Shown piece after piece: positions 28,138 through 37,760 of a stretch of 64,000 nucleotides of DNA. The notes under the pieces are model-generated. The model saw only the letters and a program-made list of their open reading frames with translations. It was not told the origin of the DNA and did not search any database. The stretch comes from Maricaulis sp. Lineage in GTDB: Bacteria > Pseudomonadota > Alphaproteobacteria > Caulobacterales > Maricaulaceae. The position numbers and the translations under genes are program-made. Numbering within the stretch: the stretch's first letter is position 1; every line of letters starts with the position of its first letter. Location: the NCBI RefSeq assembly GCF_048268525.1, contig NZ_JBLWVH010000018.1, positions 9,083-73,082 on the forward strand, given 5' to 3'.

Positions 28138-28794
28138 TCAGCCCTGCGATGAGGTGATGCCTGAAAGCACCAGATCGCGCAGGTGTCGCGTAAACGGAGC
28201 AGCTTCAATCTCGAAGTCTGCCATTCCCTGATGCGTCGAAATGGCCGATCGGATGCGACGCGTGACCGAAAAAAATATCGCGGCGCCAACAATCGACAGG
28301 TGCAGCATGTGTGGATCGACCTCGCGGAACCGGCCCGCAACCTGCCCCGCAATGTAGTGGCGGCGGGTGGTTTCCATGAAGCCGCGGAGCTTGTTGGCCG
28401 GCCCTTCGCGGGTCATGATGTCGCCGTCCAGATAGTCTCTCAGGACCATCCGGGGAAAGCTCGGGCGGCTGATGATGGCCCGCGCAAAGACCTCAATGAA
28501 GTCGCCCATGTCGGTGACCGGGTCGGTGGGACTTGCCAGCTCACCTTCGAGATGGGCCAGTACATCATCAATGATGGCCTCGATGATCGCGGTATAGAGT
28601 CCGTCCTTGTCGCCGAAATAATAGCGCACCATGGCCTTGTTGGCGTCGGCCTGTTCAGCGATGGCGTCCAGCGTCGTGCCGCCGAACCCATGGGCCGAGA
28701 ACAAGGCCTCGCCTGCCGCCATCAACCGAGCCTTGGTGGCTTCGGCATTGCGCCGCCGCGGTGGACGCTCGGGTTTGGTGGGCGAAGCGACCAT
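28138..28794 (-). CDS. TetR/AcrR family transcriptional regulator
   Basis: N-terminal HTH (AGEALFSAHGFGGTTLDAIAEQADANKAMVRYYF). Confidence 0.9.
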   Translation of the reverse strand: MVASPTKPERPPRRRNAEATKARLMAAGEALFSAHGFGGTTLDAIAEQADANKAMVRYYFGDKDGLYTAIIEAIIDDVLAHLEGELASPTDPVTDMGDFIEVFARAIISRPSFPRMVLRDYLDGDIMTREGPANKLRGFMETTRRHYIAGQVAGRFREVDPHMLHLSIVGAAIFFSVTRRIRSAISTHQGMADFEIEAAPFTRHLRDLVLSGITSSQG

Positions 28795-28798
28795 CGTC

Positions 28799-29806
28799 TC
28801 AAAGCGTTTCCAGGATCGCCTCGACGCGTTTCATGTCGTCGGGCAGCTCGCTTTCAAACCGCAGTGCCTCGCCGGTCACCGGATGCTCAAAGCCCAGAAT
28901 GGCGGCGTGCAGCGCTTGCCGGCGAAAGGCGCGCAGAGTGCCGCTGTTATCATCATATTCCAGCAGCCGACCGCGCTTCTGCCCGTAAACCGGGTCGCCC
29001 AGCAGCGGGCAGTTGATATGGGCCATATGGACGCGGATCTGGTGGGTGCGCCCCGTTTCCAAACGACACTCGACCTTGGCCGCCATGCCGGTGCCGATCG
29101 CCGCGCCTTCGGCCTGACCGAAGCGTTTCAGCGTCGTGTAATTGGTGATCGCATGCTTGCCGGCTTCCGAATTGGGATCGTGCGGGACTTCAAACTTCTT
29201 GCGGTCGCGCGAGGAGCGAGCCAGCTGGGTCGCAATGCGGCCGGCCTTCGGGCTGGGGGCATTGCGGGTGAAGGCGATATAGGCGCGCTCAACCGAATGG
29301 CGGGCAAACTGGATGCTGAGCCCCTTGTGCGCCACATCCGATTTGGCCACGACCATGACGCCAGAGGTCTCCTTGTCGAGCCGGTGCACGATGCCGGGGC
29401 GTTCGACCCCGCCTATGCCGGACAGGGACCCGGCGCAGTGATGCAGGAGGCCGTGCACCAGCGTCCCGGTCCAGTTGCCGGCCGCTGGATGGACTGACAG
29501 CCCGGCCGGCTTGTTGATCACGATCAGGTGGTCGTCTTCGTGCAGGACTTCGAGATCCATCGGTTCCGGTACCGGTGTATCGGCCCGCGGTTCCGGGATG
29601 CCGACCGTATATTCACCACCGGCAAGGACCTTGGCGGAGGGGTCGGTCACGGCGACGCCATCCACCGCCACCTGTCCGGCTTCGATCAGCGCCTTCAGGC
29701 GCGAGCGCGACAGGGACTCCACCGAGGCCGCCAGCCAACGGTCCAGTCGCTGCCCCGCATCTTCCTCGGTTGCTTCCAGTGTGCGGGTTTCGGCGATATC
29801 GGTCAT
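28799..29806 (-). CDS. rluD: 23S rRNA pseudouridine synthase RluD (S4 + RluA family)
   Basis: HRLDKETSGVMVVAKS catalytic motif; S4 domain; start probably the internal MTDIAE. Confidence 0.9.
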   Translation of the reverse strand: MTDIAETRTLEATEEDAGQRLDRWLAASVESLSRSRLKALIEAGQVAVDGVAVTDPSAKVLAGGEYTVGIPEPRADTPVPEPMDLEVLHEDDHLIVINKPAGLSVHPAAGNWTGTLVHGLLHHCAGSLSGIGGVERPGIVHRLDKETSGVMVVAKSDVAHKGLSIQFARHSVERAYIAFTRNAPSPKAGRIATQLARSSRDRKKFEVPHDPNSEAGKHAITNYTTLKRFGQAEGAAIGTGMAAKVECRLETGRTHQIRVHMAHINCPLLGDPVYGQKRGRLLEYDDNSGTLRAFRRQALHAAILGFEHPVTGEALRFESELPDDMKRVEAILETL

Positions 29807-29874
29807 GCGGCGACATTCTCCCAGCTGATGCCTGAATGCAACGTGCACGCAGATTGATGCAGGGCGTCATTTAG

Positions 29875-29892
29875 CTGTCACCAGTCTGTGGG
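29875..29892 (+). promoter_or_regulatory. candidate Pho box (two direct CTGTnnn repeats spaced 4 nt apart) upstream of the TonB-dependent receptor
   Basis: ctgtcac-cagt-ctgtggg, about 80 nt upstream of the start codon. Confidence 0.35.
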
Positions 29893-29970
29893 CAAAGCGT
29901 CATGGCCAGCGCATAAGCACGCCGGATCAAGCGCGGTCGAGGGGGCCGCGCGCGTTCGAGGTAGTAACCC

Positions 29971-32331
29971 ATGACATTGAAGTCCCGCCTTCTGACCGCC
30001 GCCGCGCTCGGCGCCCTGGCTCTCACCGCGCCTGCCGCCTTCGCCCAGGACACTACGGATGAACCGACCGATGTCATCCGGGTGACAACCCAGTTCCGCG
30101 AACAGTCACTGGCCGATGTGCCGATCAATGTCTCTGCCTTTGATGCCGAACGCCTGGAAGCGCTCGACATTGTCGATTTCGAGGATCTGGCCGTCTTTAC
30201 TCCGGGCCTCGTCGTGCAGGAGCAGAGCCCGAACAATACCGGCTACTCGATCCGCGGCATTACCACTGACAGCGGCGAAGCGACCTCGGAAACCCGTGTG
30301 GCCGTCTTCCAGGACGGTGTCTCGATCACCCGCTCGCGCGGCTCTTATGTCGAATTGTTCGATATCGAGCGCGTGGAAGTCGCCAAGGGTCCGCAGCCGA
30401 CCCTGTTCGGTCGCGGCGCCCTGATCGGCGGCATCAACATCATCCAGAACAAGGCCGAAGACGAATTCTCTGCTTCGGTGCAGGTCGGCGCCGGCAATGA
30501 AGGCCAGGTCGAAGCGCGCGGTCATGTCAATTTCGCGCTCGGCGAAAACTACGGCTTGCGCTTTGCCGCCGTCAGCCGCCAGCGCGACGGCTATATCGAC
30601 AATGCGCTGGGCGGCGAGGACTTGCAGGGCCGTGACACCCAGGCTTTCCGCATGGTCCTGTCCGGCGCGCCGACCGAACGCTTCACCTTTGATGTCATTG
30701 CCAACTACCAGCAGGACACCCCGCCGGGCACGTCCTTCAAGTCTGGCAGCATCCCGGCACCGGGTGGCGATACTGATCCCCATTCACCGGCCGCGCTCAG
30801 CACGTTCGGCGGCTTTGAAGGCGGCGCCCCGCTGGGTCTCGACCGGGAAGTCCGCGGCGTCACGCTTCTGGCCGACTATGCCATCAATGATGCCTGGACG
30901 CTGAGCTCGATCACCGGCTGGCGCGATTTCACGGCGGTTGAAGTGTTCGATCCGGACGGCACGGTGCTGCCCTTCCTGGCCATCGCAGAAGACGCGGCCG
31001 GCGAGCAATTCTCCCAGGAATTCCGCCTGTCCTATGATAATGGCGGTCGCCTGACCGGTTCGGCAGGCGCCCTCTGGTTCACCGAGCAGGGCGAGCAGCG
31101 CATTCCGATCGCGCTCGACGAGCGGGTCGCCCAGGCCTTCCTCGCGCCGACCCTGGCCGCCGGTTTCGGCGCCTCTGTGGCGCAGCTCGAAGGCCTGCTC
31201 GCGCTTGGCGGATTTCCGGGCGTTGATCTGGACAATCCGTTCAATCCCTTCCCTTATTCGGTCGCAGCCCTTCTGGGCCAGGGTCAGCTCGTGCCCTTGC
31301 GTGACTATTATCTGGAAGAAGCCTCCAACCGCGCCGAGACCACGTCGTGGGACGTGTTCGCCGATGCGTCCTATGCCGTCACCGACCGTCTCACCCTGAC
31401 CGCCGGTCTTCGCTATACAGCCGAGGACAAGACCTCGGCCGGCTATGGCCGTTCACTGTCGGGCCCCAACTTTGTCACCTTCGGCGACACGCTGATCGTG
31501 CCCTATACGCCCAACGGTGCCGAAGTCAGCCAGAGCGGCGATTTCGACGACTGGACCTGGCGGCTGGCCGCGTCCTACGCGGTGACCGATCGCATCAATA
31601 CCTGGGCCAGCTTCGCCCGTGGGCGTCGTCCCGACGTGATTTCGGTCGATACCGCTTCGCCGAGCTTCTTCTCCAACGCACCGGCGGAAATTGTCGACTC
31701 GCTGGAAGTCGGCAGCTTCATCACCTTTGACCGCGGCACGGTGTCGGGTTCGGTCTTCTACTCTGAATACGAGAATTTCCAGACCACTCGGTTCGACCCG
31801 AACACGGTCAGCTTCATCACCGACAATGCCGGCAATGCGACCCAGTATGGTCTCGAGTTGCAGGGTGATTTCGATTTGGCGGAGACGGCCAATCTTTTCG
31901 TCAGCTATGCTTACAACCATGCCACGTTCGACGATGCCGACAGCCAGGGCAATGCGCTGGAACTGGCGGGCAACCGCTTCCGTTACGCGCCCGAGCATTC
32001 GCTCTCGATGGGGCTGGACTGGCAGGTCGCGCGCGGCGATTGGGGTTCTGTCAGTCTTTTGCCGACCTGGTCCTGGCAGTCGAAATTCTACTTCGACAAC
32101 AATAATGACCGTTTCGGCGGCGCGCTGCAGCAATCCTCCTACGGCCTGTTCAATGCCCGCCTTCGCTATGAGAGCCGCGATGAGCGTTATCATGCCGAAA
32201 TCTACGGCTCGAACCTGACCAATGACGAATACCTGATCGATGCCGGCAATACCGGCGGGTCGTTCGGTATTCCGACCTTCATTGCCGGACCGCCCCTGCT
32301 GTGGGGTGTCCGGGTCGGCGCCGACTTCTAG
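29971..32331 (+). CDS. TonB-dependent outer membrane receptor
   Basis: Signal peptide, plug and 22-strand barrel motifs, C-terminal aromatic F. Confidence 0.92.
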   Translation: MTLKSRLLTAAALGALALTAPAAFAQDTTDEPTDVIRVTTQFREQSLADVPINVSAFDAERLEALDIVDFEDLAVFTPGLVVQEQSPNNTGYSIRGITTDSGEATSETRVAVFQDGVSITRSRGSYVELFDIERVEVAKGPQPTLFGRGALIGGINIIQNKAEDEFSASVQVGAGNEGQVEARGHVNFALGENYGLRFAAVSRQRDGYIDNALGGEDLQGRDTQAFRMVLSGAPTERFTFDVIANYQQDTPPGTSFKSGSIPAPGGDTDPHSPAALSTFGGFEGGAPLGLDREVRGVTLLADYAINDAWTLSSITGWRDFTAVEVFDPDGTVLPFLAIAEDAAGEQFSQEFRLSYDNGGRLTGSAGALWFTEQGEQRIPIALDERVAQAFLAPTLAAGFGASVAQLEGLLALGGFPGVDLDNPFNPFPYSVAALLGQGQLVPLRDYYLEEASNRAETTSWDVFADASYAVTDRLTLTAGLRYTAEDKTSAGYGRSLSGPNFVTFGDTLIVPYTPNGAEVSQSGDFDDWTWRLAASYAVTDRINTWASFARGRRPDVISVDTASPSFFSNAPAEIVDSLEVGSFITFDRGTVSGSVFYSEYENFQTTRFDPNTVSFITDNAGNATQYGLELQGDFDLAETANLFVSYAYNHATFDDADSQGNALELAGNRFRYAPEHSLSMGLDWQVARGDWGSVSLLPTWSWQSKFYFDNNNDRFGGALQQSSYGLFNARLRYESRDERYHAEIYGSNLTNDEYLIDAGNTGGSFGIPTFIAGPPLLWGVRVGADF

Positions 32332-32489
32332 TCGGATCGACTGGCATGGTGCGGAGCGTTGCGACGCGCTCCGCACCGCCTTCACCGGCGCAGGTGAAAC
32401 TGTCGGGCAAACGCGCTAGTGATGAGGCATGAGAGCGTGGCGAACACGTTGCGAAGTAGGCGCCGCATGTGGCGCGGTGAGGGGACATC

Positions 32490-34190
32490 ATGACCAAGAC
32501 CAATCTGACACGCCGGACCGCCCTGATCGGGGCTGCGGGCGCCGGCCTCGCCGTATCCGCCTGTTCGCAGTCGCCGGACGTGTTCCATCCGGTCGAGAAT
32601 GGCAGCTTCAACCATGGCGTGGCCTCCGGTGACCCGGACCAGTCCAGTGTCATGTTGTGGACAGCCCTGACCGATGATGGTGGCGGTTATCGCGGTGTCG
32701 AAGTGGCGCGGGATGAGGGCTTTACCGATATTGTGTTCGAGCAGGGTGACTCGATCGCCTATGTGACGGTGCAGCCGCTCGGAACCTTGAAAATCCTGGC
32801 CACCGGCCTCGAGCCGGGTGCGACCTACTATTACCGGTTCCGGTTGAACGACGAATACTCACCGGTCGGCATCACCCGCACCCTGCCCGAAGGCGCGCTG
32901 GATCAATACCGGATTGGCGTCTTCTCCTGTTCCAATTTCCCGGCCGGGCATTTCAACGTCTATCGGGAAGCCGCCGAGAATGGCGATCTCGATCTGGTCG
33001 TGCATCTGGGTGACTATTTCTACGAATACGGGGCCGGCCAGTATGCGACCGGAAATTCCGAGGCGATGAACCGCGTGCCCGCACCGGTGCACGAAATCAT
33101 CAGCCACGCTGACTACGTCGAGCGCCATGCCCAGTACAAATCCGATCCGGACCTGCAGGCCCTGCACGCAGCGGCTCCCTGGATCATCAGCTGGGATGAT
33201 CACGAAACCGCCAATGATGCGTGGCGTGACGGCGCCGAGAACCATGACGAGGGCGAGGGCGCATGGGCTGACCGACGGCAGGCGGCACTTCGCGCCTGGT
33301 ATGACTGGCAGCCGGTCCGCGAGCCGGATGGTGATTTGCGCCAGCGGCGCGGGCATTTCGAGATCGGTGATCTGGCCACGTTGTGTCTGCTGGAAAGCCG
33401 CCTGATTGCCCGTGATGAGCAGGTCGGGCTCGATTCCTTCCCGCTGGCCTCCGATGCCGACGAGACGGATCCGGCCAATCTGGAAGCCGTCGCGGCCTGG
33501 AAGCGGGACGTGATCGGCGACGAAGACCGGACCTTGCTGGGCGGCGAGCAGATCAATGATATCCAGGCCGCCTGCGGTGCCTCCAAGGCAGCCGGCAAGC
33601 CGTGGCGCATCCTTGCCAACCAGGTCATCATGAGCCGCGTCGACTTCCCCAACTTTGCCACGGAAATGCCCGGCTGGCTGCGTTGGTGGGCAACGCGCAA
33701 CAATGAGTTCGCCCGCAATTTCATCATGAGTACGCGGTTTGGCGTCCCCTTCGGTCTCGACATGTGGGACGGCTACCCGGCGGAACGCGAGCGGCTCTAC
33801 GCGGCCTTGCGCGAGGTCGATGCCGACATCATCACCATCACCGGCGATGTGCACTCCTTCTGGACCAATGACCTGGTCGATGGCGACGGCACCCGGATCG
33901 GCACCGAACTGGTCGCGGCCTCGGTGACCAGCCCGTCCCCGTTCTCGAGCTTCAAGGCGCCCGGCGTTGACTACGGCCAGATGATGATCGACGCGAACGC
34001 CGATGTCGGCCACTGCAACATGGAAGATCACGGCTATATCCGCCTGACCCTGACACCCGACGCGGCCGACGCTGAATACATCAAGGTCAGCGACATTCTC
34101 ACGCGGGACTATCGGGCCGGTATCGAGAGCCAGTGGCGGGTGCGTCCGGCGGTCAATGGTGAGGTTCCTGCGGTTGAACGAGTTGGTTGA
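32490..34190 (+). CDS. phoD: alkaline phosphatase D family (PhoD), Tat-exported
   Basis: Tat signal TRRTALIGAAGAG...SAC; PhoD metallophosphatase motifs (GDYFYEYG, WDDHETAND). Confidence 0.9.
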   Translation: MTKTNLTRRTALIGAAGAGLAVSACSQSPDVFHPVENGSFNHGVASGDPDQSSVMLWTALTDDGGGYRGVEVARDEGFTDIVFEQGDSIAYVTVQPLGTLKILATGLEPGATYYYRFRLNDEYSPVGITRTLPEGALDQYRIGVFSCSNFPAGHFNVYREAAENGDLDLVVHLGDYFYEYGAGQYATGNSEAMNRVPAPVHEIISHADYVERHAQYKSDPDLQALHAAAPWIISWDDHETANDAWRDGAENHDEGEGAWADRRQAALRAWYDWQPVREPDGDLRQRRGHFEIGDLATLCLLESRLIARDEQVGLDSFPLASDADETDPANLEAVAAWKRDVIGDEDRTLLGGEQINDIQAACGASKAAGKPWRILANQVIMSRVDFPNFATEMPGWLRWWATRNNEFARNFIMSTRFGVPFGLDMWDGYPAERERLYAALREVDADIITITGDVHSFWTNDLVDGDGTRIGTELVAASVTSPSPFSSFKAPGVDYGQMMIDANADVGHCNMEDHGYIRLTLTPDAADAEYIKVSDILTRDYRAGIESQWRVRPAVNGEVPAVERVG

Positions 34191-34515
34191 GGCGGGTGCC
34201 AGACGCGGGTGGCAGCATGCCCGACTGGTCGGACAGGCTGTTTTGGTAGGTCACCCAGAAGTCGATCATTTCAGGCCAGATCCGATCGATGAGGTCGATC
34301 GCCAGGCCGTGCAGTTCTGCTGACCGTCGGGCGTTGGATAGCACCGCCTCCTGACGGTTGGCATCGACGACAGCAAGGTTTGACGACGACTTCAGTCGCG
34401 CCGCCCGGGTCACCAGGCGGTGCCGCCGGGCCAACAGGCTGACCAAGGCCGCGTCGACGGTGTCTATTTCCTGTCGGACACGATCAAGCGGAGACCGTGT
34501 CATTGCGTCGACCAT
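34153..34515 (-). CDS. chorismate mutase (AroQ class, cytoplasmic)
   Basis: LDRVRQEIDTVDAALVSLLARRHRLVTRAARLK...VVDANRQEAVL matches the AroQ helical-bundle consensus; 16-nt overlap with the upstream ubiV stop. Confidence 0.8.
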   Translation of the reverse strand: MVDAMTRSPLDRVRQEIDTVDAALVSLLARRHRLVTRAARLKSSSNLAVVDANRQEAVLSNARRSAELHGLAIDLIDRIWPEMIDFWVTYQNSLSDQSGMLPPASGTRLNQLVQPQEPHH

Positions 34516-35399
34516 TCCATCCCGGGTCGCCCGCCGAGATATCCGTTGATCACGGGGCGGTCGAGTACATCGGCTTTCAGCGCATTCTTGAGCTCCAAAG
34601 GAGCGATTTGATCGTCTAGAAAATGCCGGAATGCTGCGGCGACCCGAACCATGTCAACCGAATGTGGTGACAGACGCACCGCGGCGATGCCGGCGCGCCG
34701 CAGGTCGAACGAGGGTGTCGTCGCCAGGTGAACGCCGTCGGACAGGGTCTGCAAGCCGTTAAAGGCAAGGAACGGGGCGCCGTCGACAGTGCTGACAGTT
34801 TTTCCGTCCGGGTCTTCTTCACAGAAATAGCGGCAACTGTCCTTGTTGAGGCTGTGAAAACGCGCGTGGTAGCAGCGACCGGAATGTGCCAGTGGCAATC
34901 GACCAAAGCCGAACACCTCTATCGGCATGTCCGGGCGGGCGGCATGGACGGCGCGGATCGCAGCGAGTGACATTTCAACCGGCGGGCACCAACGTGTACA
35001 GCCTTCATCCTGTAGCGCAGCGAGGGCGGTCTCGTTGTAGATGTTGAGCATCGGGCCTGCTGTGAAAGGCCTTCCATTTCTCGCGGCCAGCGCGCCGATA
35101 TCGTTGACCTCGATTTCGGCGTCAAAGGTGGACAGGGATGCGGTGGCGCTTCTTTCGCGCTTGTTGGTCGGCGAGCAAAGCGTCGACCAAACCACTGTTT
35201 TGCCGGCGCGTTCCAGCCGCTCCGCGGCATCCACCAGCGTGGATTCCACGAGCGGGCTGCGCTTGCCGCACACAACCTCGCCAACGTACACGCGATCGAT
35301 GACGGATTCGTCGGCAATGCGCGCGTAGAAATCGGCCAGGGTCTGGACCGGCCAATTGAAAAACAGGGGGCCGAGCGTGAGTTCAATGGGAGCGGTCAT
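34500..35399 (-). CDS. ubiV: U32-family ubiquinone biosynthesis protein UbiV (O2-independent hydroxylation)
   Basis: U32 peptidase-family fold; Cys pattern C...C-x12-C-x3-C (GRCYHARFHSLNKDSCRYFC); N-terminus ELTLGPLFFNWP; ATGA overlap with ubiU. Confidence 0.8.
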   Translation of the reverse strand: MTAPIELTLGPLFFNWPVQTLADFYARIADESVIDRVYVGEVVCGKRSPLVESTLVDAAERLERAGKTVVWSTLCSPTNKRERSATASLSTFDAEIEVNDIGALAARNGRPFTAGPMLNIYNETALAALQDEGCTRWCPPVEMSLAAIRAVHAARPDMPIEVFGFGRLPLAHSGRCYHARFHSLNKDSCRYFCEEDPDGKTVSTVDGAPFLAFNGLQTLSDGVHLATTPSFDLRRAGIAAVRLSPHSVDMVRVAAAFRHFLDDQIAPLELKNALKADVLDRPVINGYLGGRPGMEWSTQ

Positions 35400-36397
35400 C
35401 GCCACGTCTTCCTGTAAGCGCCGGTTGTCGACCGGTGCCCCTCCGTCATGTGGTCCAAGGCCGCGGCTTGCGACACGCAATTGCTATCTCCTGCTTGCAG
35501 CCGATCGATGGCGTTGCGAAACTCCCGGGTGACCCGTTCGACATAGGCCTTTCCGCGTTGGCGCCCTTCGATTTTCAAGGCTGTGACCCCCGCATCGGCG
35601 AGCTCGGGAAGGACGTCGAGCGTATTCAGACTGACCGGGTCCTCGAACAGGTGCGCTGTCTGGCCGCCTGCACTGAACTTGCCTTTGCACAAGGTCGGGT
35701 AGCCGATTGGTTTGTTGTGGTTTTCGCGTTGAATGGTGAGGCCTGACAGTCGCGCTGACTTGTACTCGGCATCGCGGGTGTAACTGACAGCCTCTGCTGG
35801 CGAGCAGACGCCCGACAGGTTGGGTGACCGCCCGGTGACGAAAGACGACAGGTGGCAGCGCCCTTCGGTCATCACGCACAGGCCGCCGAACGCAAAGGCT
35901 TCAATCTCGACATTCACCTCAGCGGCGAGGTTGCCGATTTCGGGAATGCTGAGAATGCGCGGTAAAACCACGCGTTTGACGCCAAAGCGGCGGGCGTAGA
36001 ACTCGACCGCCTCGGCAGTCCCGGCAGCGGCCTGAACGGACAGGTGGAGGCGCAGATCGGGATAGCGCTCTGCCGCATGGTCAAGCACACCGATATCGGC
36101 GGCGACGATTGCGTCCGCGCCCGCCTCCCGGGCGCAGCGAACAGCATTTTTCCACGGCCCTGTATGCCCTGCGGCTGCGAATGTATTGATGGCGACAATG
36201 ACGCGGGCGCCGAACGCATGGGCAAATTCGACGGCGTCCCTCAGCTCGGCTTCGGAGAAGTTGAGACCAGGGAAGTTGCGGGCATTGGTTTCGTCACGCA
36301 GGCCGCAGTAAACGGTGTCCGCACCCGCGCGAATTGCCGCCTTGAGTGTTGCCGGTGTGCCGGCCGGTGCCACCAGTTCGAAGGGGGGAGGCTGCAT
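35396..36397 (-). CDS. ubiU: U32-family ubiquinone biosynthesis protein UbiU (O2-independent hydroxylation)
   Basis: ELVAPAGTPATLKAAIRAGADTVYCGL U32 N-terminus; four conserved Cys (GGLCVMTEGRC...GVC...TLC). Confidence 0.82.
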   Translation of the reverse strand: MQPPPFELVAPAGTPATLKAAIRAGADTVYCGLRDETNARNFPGLNFSEAELRDAVEFAHAFGARVIVAINTFAAAGHTGPWKNAVRCAREAGADAIVAADIGVLDHAAERYPDLRLHLSVQAAAGTAEAVEFYARRFGVKRVVLPRILSIPEIGNLAAEVNVEIEAFAFGGLCVMTEGRCHLSSFVTGRSPNLSGVCSPAEAVSYTRDAEYKSARLSGLTIQRENHNKPIGYPTLCKGKFSAGGQTAHLFEDPVSLNTLDVLPELADAGVTALKIEGRQRGKAYVERVTREFRNAIDRLQAGDSNCVSQAAALDHMTEGHRSTTGAYRKTWR

Positions 36398-36934
36398 TCA
36401 TCGTGCTCCTTGCCGGGAGGGACCGTCAGGTCCGGCTTGTCGGGCGGACAGGATCGGAAGAGCCAGGGGGAGAAGATCGGCGAGTGTCAGCTCGGCCTCT
36501 TCCAGGGCATTGCGCAAGCCGACAATCAGGCTGGTGTCGCCTTCGATCCACAGGTCGTTCGAGAAAAAGACCGCATCGCCGTCTTCGCGACCTTCGAAGA
36601 CATTGATCAAGGTCCGGATCGGCGCCTCAATCCTCGCATCACTCGGCCGGGGGGCGCGGCAGGCGATGGCCCGGACACGCGGATCGAGTCCTCCCAGCGA
36701 GATCTGGAAGCTGACAGGCATGTCCGTTGGCGCGATGCAGACGGTCCGGTGTTGCGACAGGTCCATCCGGTCAAAGACATCGGGCCGCTTGCGGAGGATC
36801 CGACGCAAGGCGGCCGACAGTCCCAGTGACAGCGGCAACAGCATGACGCCGCATGCGCTCTGAACGAGGCTCGAGTGCACGTCCTGCAGGCTGGGCAGAC
36901 GAGGGCGGGCGTGGACGTTTCGTCGGGCTGGCAT
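36398..36934 (-). CDS. ubiT: SCP2-domain ubiquinone biosynthesis accessory protein UbiT
   Basis: DGDAVFFSNDLWIEGDTSLIVGLRNALEEAEL aligns with the E. coli UbiT/YhbT segment DPDTLFFQRRLVIEGDTELGLYVKNLMDAIEL; directly abuts ubiU; alternative start at 36970. Confidence 0.75.
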   Translation of the reverse strand: MPARRNVHARPRLPSLQDVHSSLVQSACGVMLLPLSLGLSAALRRILRKRPDVFDRMDLSQHRTVCIAPTDMPVSFQISLGGLDPRVRAIACRAPRPSDARIEAPIRTLINVFEGREDGDAVFFSNDLWIEGDTSLIVGLRNALEEAELTLADLLPLALPILSARQAGPDGPSRQGAR

Positions 36935-37001
36935 GGTTTGGGAATCTCTATGGGAGCTTTGACGTTTCACGCCCTTGTCACCTCATCGATACACTCACTA
37001 A

Positions 37002-37015
37002 TTGATAATTATCAA
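37002..37015. promoter_or_regulatory. perfect FNR/FixK-type box TTGAT-N4-ATCAA upstream of ubiT
   Basis: ttgataattatcaa palindrome; about 70 nt upstream of the ubiT ATG at 36934, between the folE terminator and ubiT. Confidence 0.65.
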
Positions 37016-37085
37016 GTCTTGGAGATGCGACAAACGCGCACATCGAACAGGCTGCAAGGGCTGTGAAAGGCCTGACCAACACGCA

Positions 37086-37120
37086 ACAAAAAGCCCCGCA
37101 GCCTGGCTGCGGGGCTTTTC
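37086..37120 (-). terminator. rho-independent terminator of folE (bidirectional-looking hairpin)
   Basis: gccccgcagcc-t-ggctgcggggc perfect 11-bp stem flanked by A5 upstream and T4 downstream on the + strand. Confidence 0.8.
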
Positions 37121-37142
37121 AGTGTTTGCGATGCTGTGACGA

Positions 37143-37760
37143 TCAGGCGCGTTCGAGCAGGCGCATGAAGCGATCTTTCAGATCGCGGTCATTGCGGAAT
37201 TCGCCGGTGAAGGTGGTGGTGATGGTCGAGACATTCGGGTGGTGCACACCGCGCGTGGTCATGCACTGGTGCTTGGCGTCGACCAGCACGGCGACGCCGC
37301 GCGGTTCCATCGCCTCGGTCAGCGCGTCGGCGATCTGGGCGGTCATCGTCTCCTGCGTCTGCATGCGCTTGGAGAAAATTTCCACCACGCGGGCAATCTT
37401 GGAGATGCCGACCACGGCTTTAGACGGCAGATAGGCGACATGGGCCACGCCCATGATCGGGGCGAGGTGGTGTTCACAATGGCTCTCGACATCGATATTG
37501 GTCAGCATGACCATGTCGTCATAGCCCTGCACGTCCTCGAAGGTCTTGCCGAGTGCCTTGAGCGGGTCGGCGTCATAGCCGGAGAACCATTCCTCATAGG
37601 CCTTGACCACGCGCTTGGGCGTGTCGAGCAGGCCCTCACGGGTCGGATCATCGCCGGCCCAGGAGATCAGGGTCCGTACGGCGGCTTCGGCTTCTTCGCG
37701 GCTTGGCTTGGTCTTGGAGGCGGCTGCCAAGCGGGCAGCGTCAGGGGTCATGGCGTCCAT
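37143..37760 (-). CDS. folE: GTP cyclohydrolase I FolE
   Basis: [21 protein letters not shown] active-site motif. Confidence 0.95.
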   Translation of the reverse strand: MDAMTPDAARLAAASKTKPSREEAEAAVRTLISWAGDDPTREGLLDTPKRVVKAYEEWFSGYDADPLKALGKTFEDVQGYDDMVMLTNIDVESHCEHHLAPIMGVAHVAYLPSKAVVGISKIARVVEIFSKRMQTQETMTAQIADALTEAMEPRGVAVLVDAKHQCMTTRGVHHPNVSTITTTFTGEFRNDRDLKDRFMRLLERA

